DNA from: a virus
DNA length: 64,000 nucleotides
Virus record (IMG/VR): IMGVR_UViG_3300030012_002710
Span: 3,718-67,717 of that record
Reading direction: 5' to 3' (one strand)
Positions 26,437-36,254 of this stretch are shown here, piece after piece (the stretch's first letter is position 1; each line of letters opens with the position of its first letter). The notes beneath the pieces are model-generated. The model was not told the origin of the DNA. It saw only the letters and a program-made list of their open reading frames with translations, and made no database searches. The position numbers and the translations under genes were made by a program.

Positions 26437-26439
26437 AAT

Positions 26440-26469
26440 TTATTATTGCATATTTCTTTATAATATTAC
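26440..26469 (-). promoter_or_regulatory. putative promoter motif B
   Basis: GTAAT-N15-GCAATAATAA in a short intergenic gap. Confidence 0.4.
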
Positions 26470-26470
26470 C

Positions 26471-29400
26471 TTAAGGACAAGATGTTACACCATTTATATA
26501 CCAGTTTTGTGCTGGAGCGGGTTGAAAATCACTTGAAACATATGTTACACCTGTTAAACGTAGTTCTTTTTCATTTGATATACCATTATCTACTATAGAT
26601 GCTTGTGAACTACCTGGGTTAATACTAATAGATCCTATAGATGAATAACCATTTAATGGGTCTGATGAAAATACAGTTAATTCAGAAACACCTTGTACTA
26701 AAACAGAACCACCAAGTGCTGATGAATCATTTGTTAATCTTGAAAACAAAGCATTTATATTACAAGTTTGAAAAGCTGCACTAAATTTTTGAACAAATAT
26801 AATACCTGTAGATCCTTGTGGAGAAACAGTCATAGTTCCAAATTGATAACTATTTGCTGGTGGTGTAGGTAAATTATTATTACCACCAGTTGTAGGATCT
26901 AGATTAGCTACACAGGGTTGAGCTGTCCTAATAATTTTTTTACCATACTGATCAAACTGTGCTGACCATTTCATATCTTTTGCTGATGTATTACTACCAT
27001 ATTTAAAATTTGGATTTACACCAACACCGCTAAATATAGGTGCTCCATTTCTTGTAGAACTATATTCATTACCCCATTGTACGTTTAAACTACTTTCACC
27101 ATCAGCTGCGCCTCTATATGAAAACCATTTAGTGCCAGATGTACCAGGATCCCAATGTATAGTTAATTGTGGATCTACATAAAACTGTGATATGTATTTA
27201 AATGCCCATTCTCTTGCATAAACTATTTGATCAGGAAACTTTGCCTCTGCTTCTGTTCTTGAATCTGAAGATGAACTTGTTACTCTATAAGCAAATGATG
27301 ACGGTGGTGTTTTTTCTACACCTTGTACAGCTCCATTACCATAACTTGAAGCAAGTTGAACTGGATTATAAAAATCACCAAAACTTAAATATACTCTTTG
27401 ATTTTCTTGTGAATTTAAATAATCAGAGTAAGCACCTGATGGACAATTAAAAGTACTTAATGTAGGTATTTTAGGATTAGTTACAGATACAGAGTTTGTT
27501 GGAGATATATTTGTACCATATGGGTATCTAGTTATAAGTCTGTATTCACCAAATCTATCTGGTGCATCACTTGGTGCTGTTCCTGATGGTTCTCTAAATG
27601 CTTGGTTTCTACCTACTACAAATAATTTTCTACCTATAGTTGTTAACTCTGGATCACTTTGTGTTTCTTTAGATTCCATCCATGATTCAAAACTATCATT
27701 TTTAGATGGAGTAGATCCTGTGCCTTCTTGTGTTATTGCAGAGCTTAATTGATCTTTGACACCTGTATTAGCAAAAGCACTAGGTGGTGTACCAATTGTA
27801 ACAGAACTAGTAGAATTAGGCCTATCATATGTATTAGCATGAGCTCCACCAAACTGTATTGTATTACCTTCTACGTCAGTTGCTGTTTGCCAAGGTGAAT
27901 TTACATCTTGTCTATATTGTAAATAAGCTGGCCATATAACACCAGGTCTATCATTAGGAGCTTGACCATAATTACCAAGTTCAAAATCTACAATAATATA
28001 TGCACTACCACCTGGTGTATCTGTAGTACCCGCTGTAATACCAGCAGGCACAGCACTGCTACCACCTGTAGTTGCACAATCTGTTCTACCATTTAATACT
28101 ACACCACTAGGACTACTAAATAAAGTTGATCCTAAACCTGAATTAGCTTCACCCATAGCAACTTTAGCATTTCTATTAGAGTTAGTCCATGTCCACCCTG
28201 TACAGTTTGTTGCACTAGTAGTTACACTCCAAGGTGATGCTACTGTAGTATTAGACAAACCACTTTTAGGTTCTCTATTAACTGGTGGTAATGTTGATGT
28301 AGTAACTGGATTAGTGCTACCTGTTGTAGCTGCTGCCCAATAAAAACCTGAAGATTCAGGTCCTTGATTTATACATATGTTTTTAATATTATAAAAACTA
28401 TCATTTAATGCAAATGTTTCATACCCTTGGTTACCATTTACAACTGTAATACAGGTACCATCTGCTACACCACCTATTGTTGTATCATTTGTACCTGCGT
28501 CACTTAATGTAACGGTTAAAGTTACTGGTGTGTTTAGTGTAGCTGTAGGGTCTGTTACTACACCTGTTAAAGGATCTATAACTAAAGCCGGTATACCATT
28601 TGCTGGATCTGACGGTGTTTGTGTCATGCTCCAGGTTAAATCTTCTTGGTTTTTACTATTATCTTGACTACCATTTACACCAACAAAAGAGTGTATTAAT
28701 GTAGCTCCAGGTTGAGCAATAATAGGATTAACACATGTTATTATAGGTGCTACGTTAAATAATTTTTCTGATAAAGATATTTTTGTTACTAATCCATTTT
28801 GTGAACCACTGTCATTATTTTGTACATCAAAATTAAATGTAAAAGAATCAATAACAGGTGAATCAGGACTATAATAAAAATAAACACCACTAGCTATGGT
28901 TATTACGTATTTATCAGGTGTACTAACACCATTTCCAGGCGTTCTAGTTAATACAAATTTATTTGTTACATTTTCTCCATTACCATTTATTACTGAAAAA
29001 CCAGATGTTGTATCAATATTACTGTTTATTACAGGAAGCTTAACACCTGAAGCGTCTGATGTGTATGGAAAGAAAGGTAAAGGTGTATATGAACCACTAC
29101 TATATGTTGCGGTTGGTGATGCACCTGGAGTAATATCTTCTGCTAAATTAAATGTCCAAGTATCAGGCGCTAAAGACATGTTTTCATCTGTAGTAAAGTT
29201 TTTAATTACTGCAGAACCTTCTTTAATAGCTGTATTTAATTCAGATACTGTACCAGATGAAGATGTTTCCCAATATATATCTAATCTTGATTCAACTGGT
29301 TCTGTTTCATAAATACTTAAAAACTGAGTTTGATCATCTGTAACATTTGTAGGTGCTTGTGTACCAATAGGATTTGATGGGTTGCTTATAGATATTCTAG

Positions 29401-31882
29401 CTAATGAAGGATTAGATACAGTTTGATAGATAGAACCAAACTTAACACCAGTGGTATTATCAAACATATTGTTTTGATCTGATATAGTAGATACTGTATC
29501 TGATATAGCAATATTAGTAGCTGTGTTTACAGGGTTAAATTGATAATTATATGTAGGTGTAGCATTTGAATGTGGTGCTATTCTACCAAATAACTGTACT
29601 GAGCTTCTAAATTGTTTTTGTTCTGGACCTACCTCAGATAAATCTCTAGGTACTTTGTTTATATTATCATTTAACAATGAAATAAATGAAACTGTATTTA
29701 CTGGATCAGGTGCTGTAGATTGTTGAGCAGCTGTTAGGTTAGGATAAAAATTCATAATGCTTGGTAAATAAACATTATAATATTCTTGCTCTGTTTGTTT
29801 AACAACTATTTTATAACTATACCAACCAAGTGGATTATATTCTGTACTAGTCGGATCTCCATTATATAAACCGGGCCAACCTGTAGTAAGGTTATGAGGT
29901 CTATTTTCATCTATAGGAGTATTAAAAAGTATTTTAATAGAATCACCAGGCCATTGTTGTATTCTATTTTGATTAGCCGTTGTGTTAGAAACTTCATTAT
30001 ATGGAAAATAAACTGTATCACCTAATAAAGTTAAATTATCATTATCTGTTGCTTGTGTATTAACAGATGATAGTATAGTTGTCGATGTTCTACCATATCT
30101 ATCGGATAATACAACACCAACTTGATAATTTCTATTTTGCTTAACAGTGTGCATAGGATATTCTCTTGACACTGTTCTTTCTATCGGTCTTGGTACTGTT
30201 GGATCATCTGCTACAAAGGTTGTATATTTATCAGATACAGCTACATTATAATCTAATGTTTCAGGCGGTGTATGTTTGTTTTGAAAATTACCATATACTA
30301 ACCTATTACTTATTATTTCTTGATTATGAGCTCTAACAGGCGCTTTATCATATACCCTAATTAATTCAGATTCAGGTAAAGTTTTATAAGGTTTATTACC
30401 TTGATAATTATATTCTATTGTTGTAGCAGTGTTAAATCTTTCATAACCAAAGCTACCAGTTCTTGGTATTACGTCTACAACTTGTACAGCTAAAGCATCT
30501 GATTCTTTATATAAAATTTCTATTTCATCGATTTTTAATGAATCAAATAAATTAACAGCTTGTATACCATCATTATTAATATCTAAAGGTAATGGTATTT
30601 GTAAAAATATATTGTTAACTTTGTTTTCCATAAAATCAACAACAGTACTTCTATATGTAGCTTGTTCATCTGTAGTGTTACCTGTTGGTGTTGTTTGACC
30701 TATAAAATAACCATCTTGTTTAGGTATAAATGTTGGCTGCGTAAATGGTGCCATAATTGAATAATTACCATCTTCATATTTAAAACGATAACTAAATCTT
30801 ACAAATTTATCTTCTAAAAAATCAGGATCTCCATTAAATTTAGGATTATAATTTGGATTTGTTGTTAAACCAGGAAAATCTTCGTTATATGTGCCACCAG
30901 GATTCATTGGTGTACTAGCATCCTCCATGCTTGTTACCCAATAACTTGGAGATGTAAGAGCTGTTAATGTGTTTTGGTTAAAATAAATGGTAGTGCCTGC
31001 AGGTATATCTACTGTTGTTGTTGCTAAAGGTGTACCAGCAGATAAATTAGATCTGTCTATTAATGTTATTTGATTACCGTTTGCAAAACTTTGTAAAACA
31101 GTATCAGCTGGTATACCAGGTACTACTACCCCAGCTGAATCTACAGCTGTTATAGTAGCACCAATTAATGTTTTATCTACACCTAATTCTTTGGCTAATC
31201 CTAATCTATTATCAGCTTGTAATAATATTGTGCTACTACCAGTTGTTGTTATTCCATCGGTTAAAGCAGATCCTCCATTTGGTAAAAACGCATTATCTCT
31301 TTTGTGATATAACTGTATAGGTTGAAAAGGCGCATATGTTGCTACAGATATTTGATCTTCTGTTGTATAATAATTAGGAGTAGTAGCTCTATCTATATTA
31401 ATTCTACGAGGTTGATTTCTATCATCTGTCCAAAATAAAATACCTTCTAATAAATTAACAGATAATATAGGAAAGTTTTTAGAAAAATTTAAAAAAGCAC
31501 CTGTAAGTAATAAGTTAGTTTCATTACTTGCAACATTGTGTACATATATATAATTATTTGCAGTAGTAGAATAATTAATTGATTGAAAGTTATAATTTGT
31601 AGAAGATCTTTCATCATAATCAGTTAAAAATATATATATGTTATCATTAACTTCATCTGTATATAAACCGATAGTTGTAAGATCACAATTGCAACCACTT
31701 ATAGTTTTAAAATCTACAACAAGTTTATTACCTAAAACATTTTCTAACGCTCCAACGTCGGCACCTTCTGATTTACTTACTTGTATATTAACTCCTTCAC
31801 GATATTCACCATTTGGTAAAAGCCTGGCATCCAGGTCTTTATTCATTTTGGATTTAATAAAAGCATTTTTTACTTCTGCCAT
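26471..31882 (-). CDS. tail stabilisation protein, N-terminal part, with long Ig-like/variable extension
   Basis: KMNKDLD.RL.PNGEYR.G.NI, LFWTD..NQPR.IN, RFSYRFKY, NRLVYGN, Y.VGVV..D.YGR. Confidence 0.8.
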   Translation of the reverse strand: MAEVKNAFIKSKMNKDLDARLLPNGEYREGVNIQVSKSEGADVGALENVLGNKLVVDFKTISGCNCDLTTIGLYTDEVNDNIYIFLTDYDERSSTNYNFQSINYSTTANNYIYVHNVASNETNLLLTGAFLNFSKNFPILSVNLLEGILFWTDDRNQPRRINIDRATTPNYYTTEDQISVATYAPFQPIQLYHKRDNAFLPNGGSALTDGITTTGSSTILLQADNRLGLAKELGVDKTLIGATITAVDSAGVVVPGIPADTVLQSFANGNQITLIDRSNLSAGTPLATTTVDIPAGTTIYFNQNTLTALTSPSYWVTSMEDASTPMNPGGTYNEDFPGLTTNPNYNPKFNGDPDFLEDKFVRFSYRFKYEDGNYSIMAPFTQPTFIPKQDGYFIGQTTPTGNTTDEQATYRSTVVDFMENKVNNIFLQIPLPLDINNDGIQAVNLFDSLKIDEIEILYKESDALAVQVVDVIPRTGSFGYERFNTATTIEYNYQGNKPYKTLPESELIRVYDKAPVRAHNQEIISNRLVYGNFQNKHTPPETLDYNVAVSDKYTTFVADDPTVPRPIERTVSREYPMHTVKQNRNYQVGVVLSDRYGRTSTTILSSVNTQATDNDNLTLLGDTVYFPYNEVSNTTANQNRIQQWPGDSIKILFNTPIDENRPHNLTTGWPGLYNGDPTSTEYNPLGWYSYKIVVKQTEQEYYNVYLPSIMNFYPNLTAAQQSTAPDPVNTVSFISLLNDNINKVPRDLSEVGPEQKQFRSSVQLFGRIAPHSNATPTYNYQFNPVNTATNIAISDTVSTISDQNNMFDNTTGVKFGSIYQTVSNPSLARISISNPSNPIGTQAPTNVTDDQTQFLSIYETEPVESRLDIYWETSSSGTVSELNTAIKEGSAVIKNFTTDENMSLAPDTWTFNLAEDITPGASPTATYSSGSYTPLPFFPYTSDASGVKLPVINSNIDTTSGFSVINGNGENVTNKFVLTRTPGNGVSTPDKYVITIASGVYFYYSPDSPVIDSFTFNFDVQNNDSGSQNGLVTKISLSEKLFNVAPIITCVNPIIAQPGATLIHSFVGVNGSQDNSKNQEDLTWSMTQTPSDPANGIPALVIDPLTGVVTDPTATLNTPVTLTVTLSDAGTNDTTIGGVADGTCITVVNGNQGYETFALNDSFYNIKNICINQGPESSGFYWAAATTGSTNPVTTSTLPPVNREPKSGLSNTTVASPWSVTTSATNCTGWTWTNSNRNAKVAMGEANSGLGSTLFSSPSGVVLNGRTDCATTGGSSAVPAGITAGTTDTPGGSAYIIVDFELGNYGQAPNDRPGVIWPAYLQYRQDVNSPWQTATDVEGNTIQFGGAHANTYDRPNSTSSVTIGTPPSAFANTGVKDQLSSAITQEGTGSTPSKNDSFESWMESKETQSDPELTTIGRKLFVVGRNQAFREPSGTAPSDAPDRFGEYRLITRYPYGTNISPTNSVSVTNPKIPTLSTFNCPSGAYSDYLNSQENQRVYLSFGDFYNPVQLASSYGNGAVQGVEKTPPSSFAYRVTSSSSDSRTEAEAKFPDQIVYAREWAFKYISQFYVDPQLTIHWDPGTSGTKWFSYRGAADGESSLNVQWGNEYSSTRNGAPIFSGVGVNPNFKYGSNTSAKDMKWSAQFDQYGKKIIRTAQPCVANLDPTTGGNNNLPTPPANSYQFGTMTVSPQGSTGIIFVQKFSAAFQTCNINALFSRLTNDSSALGGSVLVQGVSELTVFSSDPLNGYSSIGSISINPGSSQASIVDNGISNEKELRLTGVTYVSSDFQPAPAQNWYINGVTSCP

Positions 31883-31887
31883 TTAAT

Positions 31888-33111
31888 TTAGAATTTAAGC
31901 CATTTAGATTTACCTCTCATAATCTGAACAAACTCATTAGATTTTAAATTAGATAATCTTATTTTTGCGTTTCTTAGTTTTGCACTTTTTTCTTGTTTAA
32001 GTCTTCTTATTATATATTCAGGTTGATTTATTCTGCTAGCTAAAATAGCATGACTTAAATAAGCATAAACAGCTTCTTCAGCTAACTTAGGTACTCGCAT
32101 ATCTTCTTCATATGCTAAACCATCTGATACATATTCTAATACTATAATTTTATCTTTTAAATCACTAGAAAAAGCAAATGTACCATTACGATCATTAATT
32201 GTAAAAGTACCATTTATTTGTGATGTTTCAGGTTGTAAACCATATCTTTGGCCATAACCATAAAACCAGTTACCATACCAACCATATAATCCATCAGCTA
32301 CAAGTCTACCTGTTATATCATCTCTTATTTCTTGTAATATTTCAGTATTTTGTTCTTTATATCTTTTTTCTGTTATAGATGTACCAGTTAAGTTTTGTCC
32401 TTCGTTGTCTTGTGTTGCTATACCTTGAGCATCTTGTATAGGTTTAGTATAAGGATTAGTAGTTAAAGTTGTTGGATAAATAATATGTGTTATACCTATA
32501 TCATCAACCCATGATAAATTTACATAATTAACATAATCTTGTGGTATTGGCACGTTTAAACTAGGAGGTATAGTTAATTCTTGAGATTTTATACTTCTTA
32601 ATGTATCATAGCTAAACTCTTGTAAAGCTCTTTTAGTGTGAAATATTACATCGGTTCTTTTTACACTAGGTATAAGTTTACCAGCACCTACATATGCGAC
32701 TAAAAAATTATTAACTAAGTCTTGTACTTTAATATATGAATAGCTATTATAATTATGTTGTGTTGTTTTACCAAAAGCATCTCTATCACCATATTCACCA
32801 CCTGTTTCTGTTAACAACTGTACAACAACAAAAGTACCAGCTGCTTGAGCAGGTAATGTAAATACATTATCTAATACAGTATAGGTTGTAGTGTATTCTG
32901 TAAATGTACCAGGGTTACCATTAGCACTAGTATATATTCTAAAATTATTTTTATTATAATTTTCAGATGTAGGATCTGAACTACCAAAAGTAATTTTTGT
33001 ATTAAATGTAGTGGTAAATGTTGTTTGATCTGTTGTAGCAATGAACATTTGAGCACCTGCATAATATTGCGAATTAGACTCAGTAATTAAACCGCCATTT
33101 GGTTGCGCCAT
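31888..33111 (-). CDS. tail tubular/ring (adaptor) protein
   Basis: P.DYVNYV, LEYVSDGL, AKLRNAKIRLS motifs; position after the capsid genes. Confidence 0.7.
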   Translation of the reverse strand: MAQPNGGLITESNSQYYAGAQMFIATTDQTTFTTTFNTKITFGSSDPTSENYNKNNFRIYTSANGNPGTFTEYTTTYTVLDNVFTLPAQAAGTFVVVQLLTETGGEYGDRDAFGKTTQHNYNSYSYIKVQDLVNNFLVAYVGAGKLIPSVKRTDVIFHTKRALQEFSYDTLRSIKSQELTIPPSLNVPIPQDYVNYVNLSWVDDIGITHIIYPTTLTTNPYTKPIQDAQGIATQDNEGQNLTGTSITEKRYKEQNTEILQEIRDDITGRLVADGLYGWYGNWFYGYGQRYGLQPETSQINGTFTINDRNGTFAFSSDLKDKIIVLEYVSDGLAYEEDMRVPKLAEEAVYAYLSHAILASRINQPEYIIRRLKQEKSAKLRNAKIRLSNLKSNEFVQIMRGKSKWLKF

Positions 33112-33114
33112 AAT

Positions 33115-33891
33115 TTATATTTTTTCGTTTTGTTCATTAATAGCAACTTGTTGAGCTGCATCTTGTACTATTTGTGGATCTCTAATTATTACACCTGCAT
33201 ATTTTAATATTTGTAATATAAGGTTTGTTTGCTCTGATATATGTAAATCAAAATCAATAGAACCTGTTGGCATTGTATTAGCATCATAAAGATTTGAATT
33301 ATATAAATATTGTCCTAATGTACCAACAGTAAAGCCCCAAATTGGACTTACAGGTTTTCTAACATATTCTACTTGTATGTCACCAGCTGTAACTATTGTA
33401 TCTGGTTTAACATATAGTTTAAAGTTTTCGAATAAATATATTGGAAAAGTTGTTGAGGGTTTTGTAAGAAGAGATTTGTTTACTTGATAGAACTCTGCTC
33501 TATCAACACGTTGTATTTCAGTTTGGTTTTTATATAAAACCGTACCTAATCTATAAAATATTACCTCTTGGCCATATGCATCTAAACCTGGAAGTGTCCA
33601 GTAAGAAAGTGTTTTACCTGTACTAGATGGTGTAATTGATGTAAAAGCAGCATCACCAAAAGTTTTAAATATAGCTAATTTTTCATCAAGATTTTTAACT
33701 CTATCAGCATAATCAGTATCAGTTTGTGGAACTCTTATTTGCTGATTCATATCTTCAAAATATTTTTCAAATATTTCTAATTGCACTTGAGTTCCTAGAC
33801 TATTAAACTCAGAAGGAGTTATATAACCTCTTTGTTCTTTATTTAATATAAGTAAAACAGTTTGATATACCGTGTTTACGTTTATAGCCAT
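33115..33891 (-). CDS. tail ring/head-tail adaptor protein
   Basis: NKEQRGYITP.EFN, Y.RKP..P.WG, IL.YAG motifs. Confidence 0.7.
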   Translation of the reverse strand: MAINVNTVYQTVLLILNKEQRGYITPSEFNSLGTQVQLEIFEKYFEDMNQQIRVPQTDTDYADRVKNLDEKLAIFKTFGDAAFTSITPSSTGKTLSYWTLPGLDAYGQEVIFYRLGTVLYKNQTEIQRVDRAEFYQVNKSLLTKPSTTFPIYLFENFKLYVKPDTIVTAGDIQVEYVRKPVSPIWGFTVGTLGQYLYNSNLYDANTMPTGSIDFDLHISEQTNLILQILKYAGVIIRDPQIVQDAAQQVAINEQNEKI

Positions 33892-33910
33892 GTGTATTTT
33901 TTATTATAAT

Positions 33911-33933
33911 AAAGGAGGCACTTGGCCTCCCTT
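33911..33933 (-). terminator. intrinsic terminator
   Basis: On the - strand: AAGGGAGGC-CAAGT-GCCTCCTTT followed by T-rich sequence. Confidence 0.7.
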
Positions 33934-33947
33934 ATTAGTATTACATA

Positions 33948-34715
33948 TTAAGAAAGTTTTTTCTCTATAGACTTAAAGATTTCTAATCCTTCATCAGTCT
34001 TAAAGAATTGAGCCATTGCAGAATATGGATGTTCATCAAACGGTACTGTCATTAATTTTTTACCATTTGAAGCCCACATAAATGTTCTTTGATCAGAACT
34101 TAGTTTTATTATTCCAGCTTCTGTAGCTTTTATTGCAAAGTTTCGTAATTGTACATTTTCATCATTTGCTAGATCTAAGAATAGTTTTGCATTTTTCTTA
34201 GCAAATACAAGTAAATCTCTTTTTATTTCCTTAGAACTCATCTCTGATACCTTAGAACCTAATTCTACTCTTAATATTGCTTCAGCTTGATCAATATCTA
34301 TGTTTCTAGCCATATTTAAAGCATCTATTTCAAGTTCTAAATCTAAAAGCTCGTCTTGTGCAATTACAACTTCATCTAATTCTTTATATCTTTTATCTTT
34401 TAATGGATGATATAAAGATAATATTTTTTGTAAAGCTTGATTTTGTTGTTTTACATATAATGATCCATCTCTAAATACTATATGTCCTAAAGTTGCTTCA
34501 CCTTTTTGTTCATCTTTAAACGGAGAGTTTTGATTTGTTGCATATCTTATTTCTCTCTGTTCTTGTGTTTTTTCATCGTACCACAAAAGAGGGTGTCTTG
34601 TTGTGTGTTTAGATGGTATTTTATATGTTAATGGACTATTAGGCCCAGTTAATATATATGTTCTATCTTTTATTTCCCAGCTTGGTGCTGAAATTGTTTT
34701 TTCTTTTTTTGCCAT
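33948..34715 (-). CDS. conserved capsid-associated protein
   Basis: 255-aa ORF directly downstream of the major capsid gene. Confidence 0.7.
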   Translation of the reverse strand: MAKKEKTISAPSWEIKDRTYILTGPNSPLTYKIPSKHTTRHPLLWYDEKTQEQREIRYATNQNSPFKDEQKGEATLGHIVFRDGSLYVKQQNQALQKILSLYHPLKDKRYKELDEVVIAQDELLDLELEIDALNMARNIDIDQAEAILRVELGSKVSEMSSKEIKRDLLVFAKKNAKLFLDLANDENVQLRNFAIKATEAGIIKLSSDQRTFMWASNGKKLMTVPFDEHPYSAMAQFFKTDEGLEIFKSIEKKLS

Positions 34716-34740
34716 GATATAATATAATTAAATAATTAAT

Positions 34741-34778
34741 GTAAAGACAAGGGCACCATTAAGATGCCCTATCTTTAC
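34741..34778 (-). terminator. hairpin/terminator after the capsid gene
   Basis: GTAAAGA..AGGGCA/TGCCCT.TCTTTAC extended inverted repeat. Confidence 0.65.
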
Positions 34779-34786
34779 TAAAAAAA

Positions 34787-36238
34787 TTAAACTCCTTTGA
34801 ATAATACAAAGTTGTTTGCAGCTTGAGTTACTAAACATCTTTCTGATAGGAAGTTGACTTCCATAGCATCAAGATTAGAAGTGTAAGCACCTCCTGCTGA
34901 ACCAGTTAACCAAGACTTCATTCGTCTGTCTTCTGTTTGAGAAGCTCTATATCTGACGTGTAAGAATGGTCTTCTAATATTTGTACCTAAAATTTGATCG
35001 TATACAGTTGATGTACCTGCTGGTATTAAAACTCCTTCAATAGACTGAGTACCATCAATAGCACCTCTTGTAGAAGCGTCATTTAAGTATTTCCAGTCAG
35101 TTTTGTAGAAGTCATATGAACCTCTTCTAAAACCACTAAAACCTAAGTTTAAAGCCATTTCTTCAGAGTTTTCAAATAAACCGTAAGCAGTACCACCACC
35201 TTGACCGATAGATATGTTTGACAACATATTATCAAATTCTAGTGCAGTTGATCTTTGTAAGAACAACATATTTTCTTCAATAGCACCTTGAGTGTCTAAG
35301 TTTTTAAGTATTGCATCAAAGTCATCTAGACCAGAAGCTCCAGAAAAACCTACTTCAACATTACCTCTTGATGAGATAGCAGCAAAAAGACCTTCAGTAC
35401 CTTTAAAACCTGAAGCAGCAGCGTTATTTCCAGCGGCCGCAGCAGCGATCTCACCTTCAACACATACCATTTCTAGGTAATCTTCAAATCTTAATCTTGT
35501 TTCAGATTCAGCTTTTAAGTACCATAAATAACCTGTAGTACCATCTTCAGTAGTTACTTCAACCCAACCAATTTGAGCCATATCAGAACCATTTATTGTA
35601 TAAACATTTCTAATTATAATTGGTGAATTGTTGTACTGTTGAAAAGAAGGTGTAATAGTTACTTGTGGTTGAACAGTATTATTTAAGTTGTTAAGACCAG
35701 CGCCTGCATTAGATGTAGAAGCACCTTTAACAAATTCTGAACCATAAACAAATATTTTTACTGACGTACCTAAGCCACTAAGATCTGTAGTTAAATAAGG
35801 AGCAACAGTCACTGCACCTGTAGTAGTGTTAGATGCTGTTACAACACATTTAGCTTCATTACCAGCATCGTCTAAAACTACAATAGTTTGTCCGGGAGAT
35901 ATTACATTTCTTGTAACACCTGGAGCTGTAGCAGCTGGTACTGTAATTATAGATGGGTTAGCCTGGTCGTTAACACAATTATCATATGCTATATGTAATC
36001 TGTTTTGCTCTGACCAAACAACTTGATCTGAAGTCAGAGGCATTTCAGCACCTACCATACGTAAAAAACCAGAAAGAGTTCTGTTTCCATATCTTTCTAC
36101 TTCTTGTTCGTATATTTCAGGTAGATATTGCTGAGCAAAATCATTATTACCATCTGTAAAAGATAGGTAATTGCTGGCTAATAGCTGCTGATTAGGAGCA
36201 GGAACTATTGAGCCAAACTGTGGAGTTAAAATTCCCAT
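34787..36238 (-). CDS. major capsid protein
   Basis: 483 aa after the scaffold; QQYLPEIYE.EVERYGNR, WSEQ.RLH, LGF.GFRRGSYDF motifs recalled from Bacteroidota phage capsids. Confidence 0.85.
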   Translation of the reverse strand: MGILTPQFGSIVPAPNQQLLASNYLSFTDGNNDFAQQYLPEIYEQEVERYGNRTLSGFLRMVGAEMPLTSDQVVWSEQNRLHIAYDNCVNDQANPSIITVPAATAPGVTRNVISPGQTIVVLDDAGNEAKCVVTASNTTTGAVTVAPYLTTDLSGLGTSVKIFVYGSEFVKGASTSNAGAGLNNLNNTVQPQVTITPSFQQYNNSPIIIRNVYTINGSDMAQIGWVEVTTEDGTTGYLWYLKAESETRLRFEDYLEMVCVEGEIAAAAAGNNAAASGFKGTEGLFAAISSRGNVEVGFSGASGLDDFDAILKNLDTQGAIEENMLFLQRSTALEFDNMLSNISIGQGGGTAYGLFENSEEMALNLGFSGFRRGSYDFYKTDWKYLNDASTRGAIDGTQSIEGVLIPAGTSTVYDQILGTNIRRPFLHVRYRASQTEDRRMKSWLTGSAGGAYTSNLDAMEVNFLSERCLVTQAANNFVLFKGV

Positions 36239-36254
36239 AATTTATTTTCAATTT

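Noticed and set aside
32871-33062. +1-frame 63-aa ORF (similarly 50864-51061, 44654-44863, 47027-47212)
   Set aside because: Thr-, Lys- or Gly-rich host sequence explains the open frame; no GC anomaly; products show generic +1-frame composition.
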